A DNA stretch of 61,337 bases from Pirellulales bacterium. GTDB lineage: Bacteria > Planctomycetota > Planctomycetia > Pirellulales > PLA5. Each line of letters starts with the position of its first letter. Positions within the stretch are counted from its first letter, which is position 1. Positions 59,301 through 61,337 of this stretch are shown here, piece by piece. Under the pieces are notes generated by a model. It ran no database searches and was not told the origin of the DNA. It saw nothing but the letters and a program-made list of their open reading frames with translations. The position numbers and the translations under genes are program-made. Where the stretch lies: the NCBI GenBank assembly GCA_040901705.1, contig JBBDYI010000374.1, positions 1 to 61,337 of the forward strand, written 5' to 3'.

Positions 59301-60415
59301 GCCGCATCTACGTTACTTGCCGCGATCAACTCGTCGTGCTGCATGACAAGAACGCCGACGGCGAGATCGACTTCTTCGAGTGCTTCAACAACGACCACCA
59401 GGTGACGGACCACTTCCACGAATTCGCGATGGGCCTGCAAGTCGACGCTGAGGGCAATTTCTATTACGCCAAATCGGCCCGCCACGCCTTGCCCGCCCTG
59501 GTGCCCCATCACGGCACGCTGCTCCGCGTCAGCCACGACGGCCAGCGAACCGACATCATCGCCAACGGCTTTCGCGCGGCCAACGGCGTGTGCCTGAATC
59601 CCGACGGCACCTTCGTCGTCACCGATCAGGAAGGGCACTGGAACCCCAAAAACCGCATCAATTGGGTCACGCCCGGCGGGTTTTACGGCAATATGTTCGG
59701 CTATCACGACGTGACCGATTCGTCGGACGAAGCCATGCAACAGCCGCTGTGCTGGATCACGAACACGTTCGACCGCTCGCCGGCGGAACTGCTGTGGACG
59801 CCCAAGGACGCATGGGGGCCGCTCGGCGGTTCGCTGCTCAATCTTTCCTACGGCTACGGCAAGGTCTACGTCGTGCCGTTCGATGAAGTCGGCGGCCAGA
59901 AGCAAGGCGGCATGTGCGCGCTGCCGATCGGTGCGATGCCGAACAATTCACTGCCGACCGGAGTGATGCGTGGGCGGTTTCATCCGGTCGACCGACAACT
60001 GTACGCCTGCGGCATGATGGCCTGGGGCAGCAACGCACGTCAGCCCGGCGGTTTGTACCGCATTCGCTATACGGGCAAGCCGATGGTTCTGCCGGTGGGC
60101 CTCCGGGCGCGGCGAGAAAACATCGAGATCACGTTCACCGATCCGCTCGACACCGACGCGGCGGTCGATAGGGATCGCTACAAGATCAAAACCTGGTCGC
60201 TCAAACGTTCGGCCAACTACGGTTCGCAACACTACGACGAAAAGCCGCTGGCCATCGAATCGGCCACGCTATCCGACGACGGCCGCACCATTCGGCTGCA
60301 CGCGCCGGAGTTGAAACCAACCTGGGGAATGGAGATCGTGCTGCGAATCAAAGGCCGCGACGGAGAGGAAGCCGAGCGCGTCGTTCATAACTCGATTTTC
60401 AAGCTCGGCGAGTAA
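56360..60415 (+). CDS. large secreted di-heme cytochrome c / LamG / beta-propeller dehydrogenase-like protein (Pirellula/Verrucomicrobium-type heme-binding domain)
   Basis: Signal peptide. CSKCH (56561-56575) lies in the context GAVVFHQAHTTCSKCHRVD...VESVLEPS...RLGM-like region. The second heme motif is CINCHG (57104-57118). A LamG-like segment is present (VRFDGGGYAEVADADADAFDMTGHDFTITARVKTKAGGTIFAKA...GRWHDVALRW...LFVDGKA). The C-terminal ~500 aa look beta-propeller-like (VTDQEGHWNPKNRINWV...). Confidence 0.85.
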   Translation: MLRLRPNVPLGFLSALLVCAAATALFGQSPTLETRLLQEGPTALARAARENGDAARGAVVFHQAHTTCSKCHRVDDAAGAQSGMLGANLTKFELKPTDKQLVESVLEPSETIREEFRAVKVQTTDGRTITGLIVKETAEVLTLRDLAQDGKHVAIPIDEIDARAVSSQSPMPSGLVNQLTSRQQFLDLARYLFEIRDGGAARARELQPPPSLLAVQIPEYEAHVDHAGIIASLDDKAFARGREIYQRLCINCHGTREQPGSLPTSLRFAEGKFKNGNDPHAMYQTLTRGFGLMAPQTWMVPQQKYDVIHYIRTEYLRKHNPSQLFAIDEKYIAALPKGDTRGPAPRKIEPWATMDYGPVLVNTYEIGNDGSNFAYKGIAVRLDSGPGGISRGRSWMVFDHDTMRVAAAWTGTGFIDWQGIHFNGQHQVHPRIVGDVHFANPTGPGWANPQTGSFADDQRVVGRDGRRYGPLPRAWAKYKGLYYHNDRAVIAYSVGKTDVLEMPGEWMADESAGAALASVKAGDGSAEKPTDRGSEGIFTRAMNIGPRSADMKLLVATLDDASPSLDELAGGVRFGTAAAGTEKPATEKREVRFDGGGYAEVADADADAFDMTGHDFTITARVKTKAGGTIFAKAKPDSPWTPDGKTFFVRGGRLCYDIGWVGAVQSKQRVDDGRWHDVALRWSTDAGRAELFVDGKAAGDGVLRPKQAVSGHVVRVGYTAENFPTPQSAFDGQLSDVRFLQRAATDKEIASASSIDQDDRLVARWKLDAIDVQGQVRNEAGKHHAAKWIVGANTRRANTAPLFAGLTTPIPGSQWKAEGNRLCLHIPAGKEPLRFVLWTTRGENADVVAAWTAGLAAAEKSPDLAAYTSGGPPRWPQKLTTQAILGDDSGPFAVDVLVHPEVNPWLAQTRLTGLDFIDDGEVEGGDGRADRAVVCAWDGDVWIVSGLAKLDAAKPSSDHTLTWQRIASGLFQPLGIKMYQGRIYVTCRDQLVVLHDKNADGEIDFFECFNNDHQVTDHFHEFAMGLQVDAEGNFYYAKSARHALPALVPHHGTLLRVSHDGQRTDIIANGFRAANGVCLNPDGTFVVTDQEGHWNPKNRINWVTPGGFYGNMFGYHDVTDSSDEAMQQPLCWITNTFDRSPAELLWTPKDAWGPLGGSLLNLSYGYGKVYVVPFDEVGGQKQGGMCALPIGAMPNNSLPTGVMRGRFHPVDRQLYACGMMAWGSNARQPGGLYRIRYTGKPMVLPVGLRARRENIEITFTDPLDTDAAVDRDRYKIKTWSLKRSANYGSQHYDEKPLAIESATLSDDGRTIRLHAPELKPTWGMEIVLRIKGRDGEEAERVVHNSIFKLGE

Positions 60416-60489
60416 GTGGGTATCTGCGCAGACATTCGGACTGGAAATATATTGAATGCGTGCCGCCGGAATTCCGTGGAGGAATTGAT

Positions 60490-61203
60490 ATGGGCATGGA
60501 CACGGTCGAGCTAATCATGGACATCGAAGACCGGTTTGGCGTGTCGATCTCCAACGACGATGCAGCGGCCGTGCGGACCGTGGGCGAGTTGAGCGACATG
60601 GTCGAGCGTTTGCTGTCGGAGAAATCGGCCACCGGCGGCCCGGCGGTTTGCCTGACGTCGATGGCGTTCTTTCGATTTCGGCGGGCCGTCGCGGAAGTGT
60701 GCCACGTCGAACGGAAGCGAGTGTCGCCCGGCGAGGTCATCGATGTGCTGGTGGCGAGAAAGGCGCGGCGGCGGGAATGGGCCGAAATGGCCCGCCGCAC
60801 GTCGATGAAAATGCCGCCGCTGCATCGGCCGGATTGGTGCGTTTGGGTTGGCTTAGGTTTCGTCGCGACGTTCGTGGCCGGTTGCTGGCAGACGCGGCTG
60901 GGGATCGAGAGCACCGCACTGCTATGCTGGGCCACGTTGGCGATATTGATTTTCGGCATAGGGGCGTTCGGATGGGTGACGCGGCCGCTGGCGATTCATT
61001 TATCTCCGCGGACGATAACGTGTGGCGAATTGGCGCGCGAACTCGTGGCGCTGAATTTCGCCAGCCTGCGGGCGCGCGGAGAGACGATCCGCCGCGAAGA
61101 ACTATGGCAAGCCATTGTGCATACGGTGGCGGAAAGCGCGGGGGCGGATGCGGCGAAGATCGAGCGGTCGACTCGGATTGTGGAAGACCTCGCGATGGAC
61201 TAG
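60490..61203 (+). CDS. membrane protein with a split, apparently circularly permuted acyl-carrier-protein-like domain lacking the phosphopantetheine serine
   Basis: The N-terminus MGMDTVELIMDIEDRFGVSISNDDAAAVRTVGELSDMVERLL matches ACP helices II-IV (compare E. coli [38 protein letters not shown]). Two TM helices follow (WCVWVGLGFVATFVAGCW and ALLCWATLAILIFGIGAFGWV). The C-terminus ...LWQAIVHTVAESAGADAAKIERSTRIVEDLAMD-stop matches ACP helix I plus the DLGAD loop. The track opens the ORF at GTG 60460. Confidence 0.65.
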   Translation: MGMDTVELIMDIEDRFGVSISNDDAAAVRTVGELSDMVERLLSEKSATGGPAVCLTSMAFFRFRRAVAEVCHVERKRVSPGEVIDVLVARKARRREWAEMARRTSMKMPPLHRPDWCVWVGLGFVATFVAGCWQTRLGIESTALLCWATLAILIFGIGAFGWVTRPLAIHLSPRTITCGELARELVALNFASLRARGETIRREELWQAIVHTVAESAGADAAKIERSTRIVEDLAMD

Positions 61204-61221
61204 CGCAGCCTGTTGAAAAAG

Positions 61222-61287
61222 GGGACAGACCCTGAGGGAAACCACGTTTTCGCCGAAGAATCCGCCGTGCCTGAGAGGGTCAGTCCC
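61222..61287. repeat. inverted repeat downstream of the ACP-like gene
   Basis: gggacagaccct (61222-61233) pairs with agggtcagtccc (61276-61287) at 11/12, with a 42-nt spacer. The arm shares the GGGGACAG core with the heptad arrays at 34584 and 39189. Confidence 0.6.
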
Positions 61288-61337
61288 GAATGGCACTTCC
61301 TGAGTCGTAACCTCAATTCGCGAAACAGTTAAGCATT

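Noticed and set aside
10717-61287. Interpreting the palindromic elements (10717-10859, 37038-37274, 52902-53062, 61222-61287) as MITEs or IS remnants.
   Set aside because: The window contains no transposase. I could not identify target-site duplications, and the elements are not similar to each other in sequence. I kept them as unexplained palindromic repeats rather than calling them mobile elements.

Overview
GC-rich bacterial window. Gene content suggests Planctomycetota (Pirellulales-like): LE-R-LL N-terminal leaders, dockerin-like C-termini, an ECF sigma factor paired with a Ser/Thr kinase, and Pirellula-type heme-binding proteins. This taxon call is an inference. All family names come from motifs I read in the translations; no search was run. 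I support 24 protein-coding genes and found no rRNA, tRNA, CRISPR array, transposase or integrase. About half the window encodes very large secreted or surface proteins. These are a PEP-CTERM protein (367-1602), a 2,277-aa lamin-tail/CotH/dockerin protein (1776-8609), a ~6,700-aa giant ORF (14223-34433) and a 727-aa beta-helix/dockerin protein (53006-55189). The giant ORF lies directly downstream of an ECF sigma factor (10158-10718) and a transmembrane Ser/Thr kinase with TPR repeats (10931-14188). The rest is housekeeping or accessory: GH5-like hydrolase, tandem alpha/beta hydrolase, HExxH protein, beta-CASP nuclease, rsmH plus a LysM membrane protein, an E1-like/MoaD-like pair, argJ, argC, a DHQ-synthase-family enzyme, two alpha/beta hydrolases, an MMPL/RND transporter, a cytochrome c'-like protein, a 1,351-aa di-heme/LamG/beta-propeller protein and an ACP-like membrane protein. 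Most interesting: (1) the sigma-kinase-giant unit as a candidate surface-signalling system; (2) a 1,048-bp perfect in-frame direct repeat inside the giant gene; (3) a shared N-terminal-leader plus C-terminal dockerin and basic-tail signature on three proteins; (4) nested palindromic elements and GGGNCAG heptad arrays placed exactly at gene boundaries; (5) an apparently circularly permuted, serine-less ACP-like membrane protein; (6) a 0.75-kb non-coding gap ending in an intrinsic terminator and a start-codon hairpin in front of rsmH. Domain boundaries are approximate (about +/-30 nt). Several start codons are ambiguous because the ORF track also opens at GTG/TTG.
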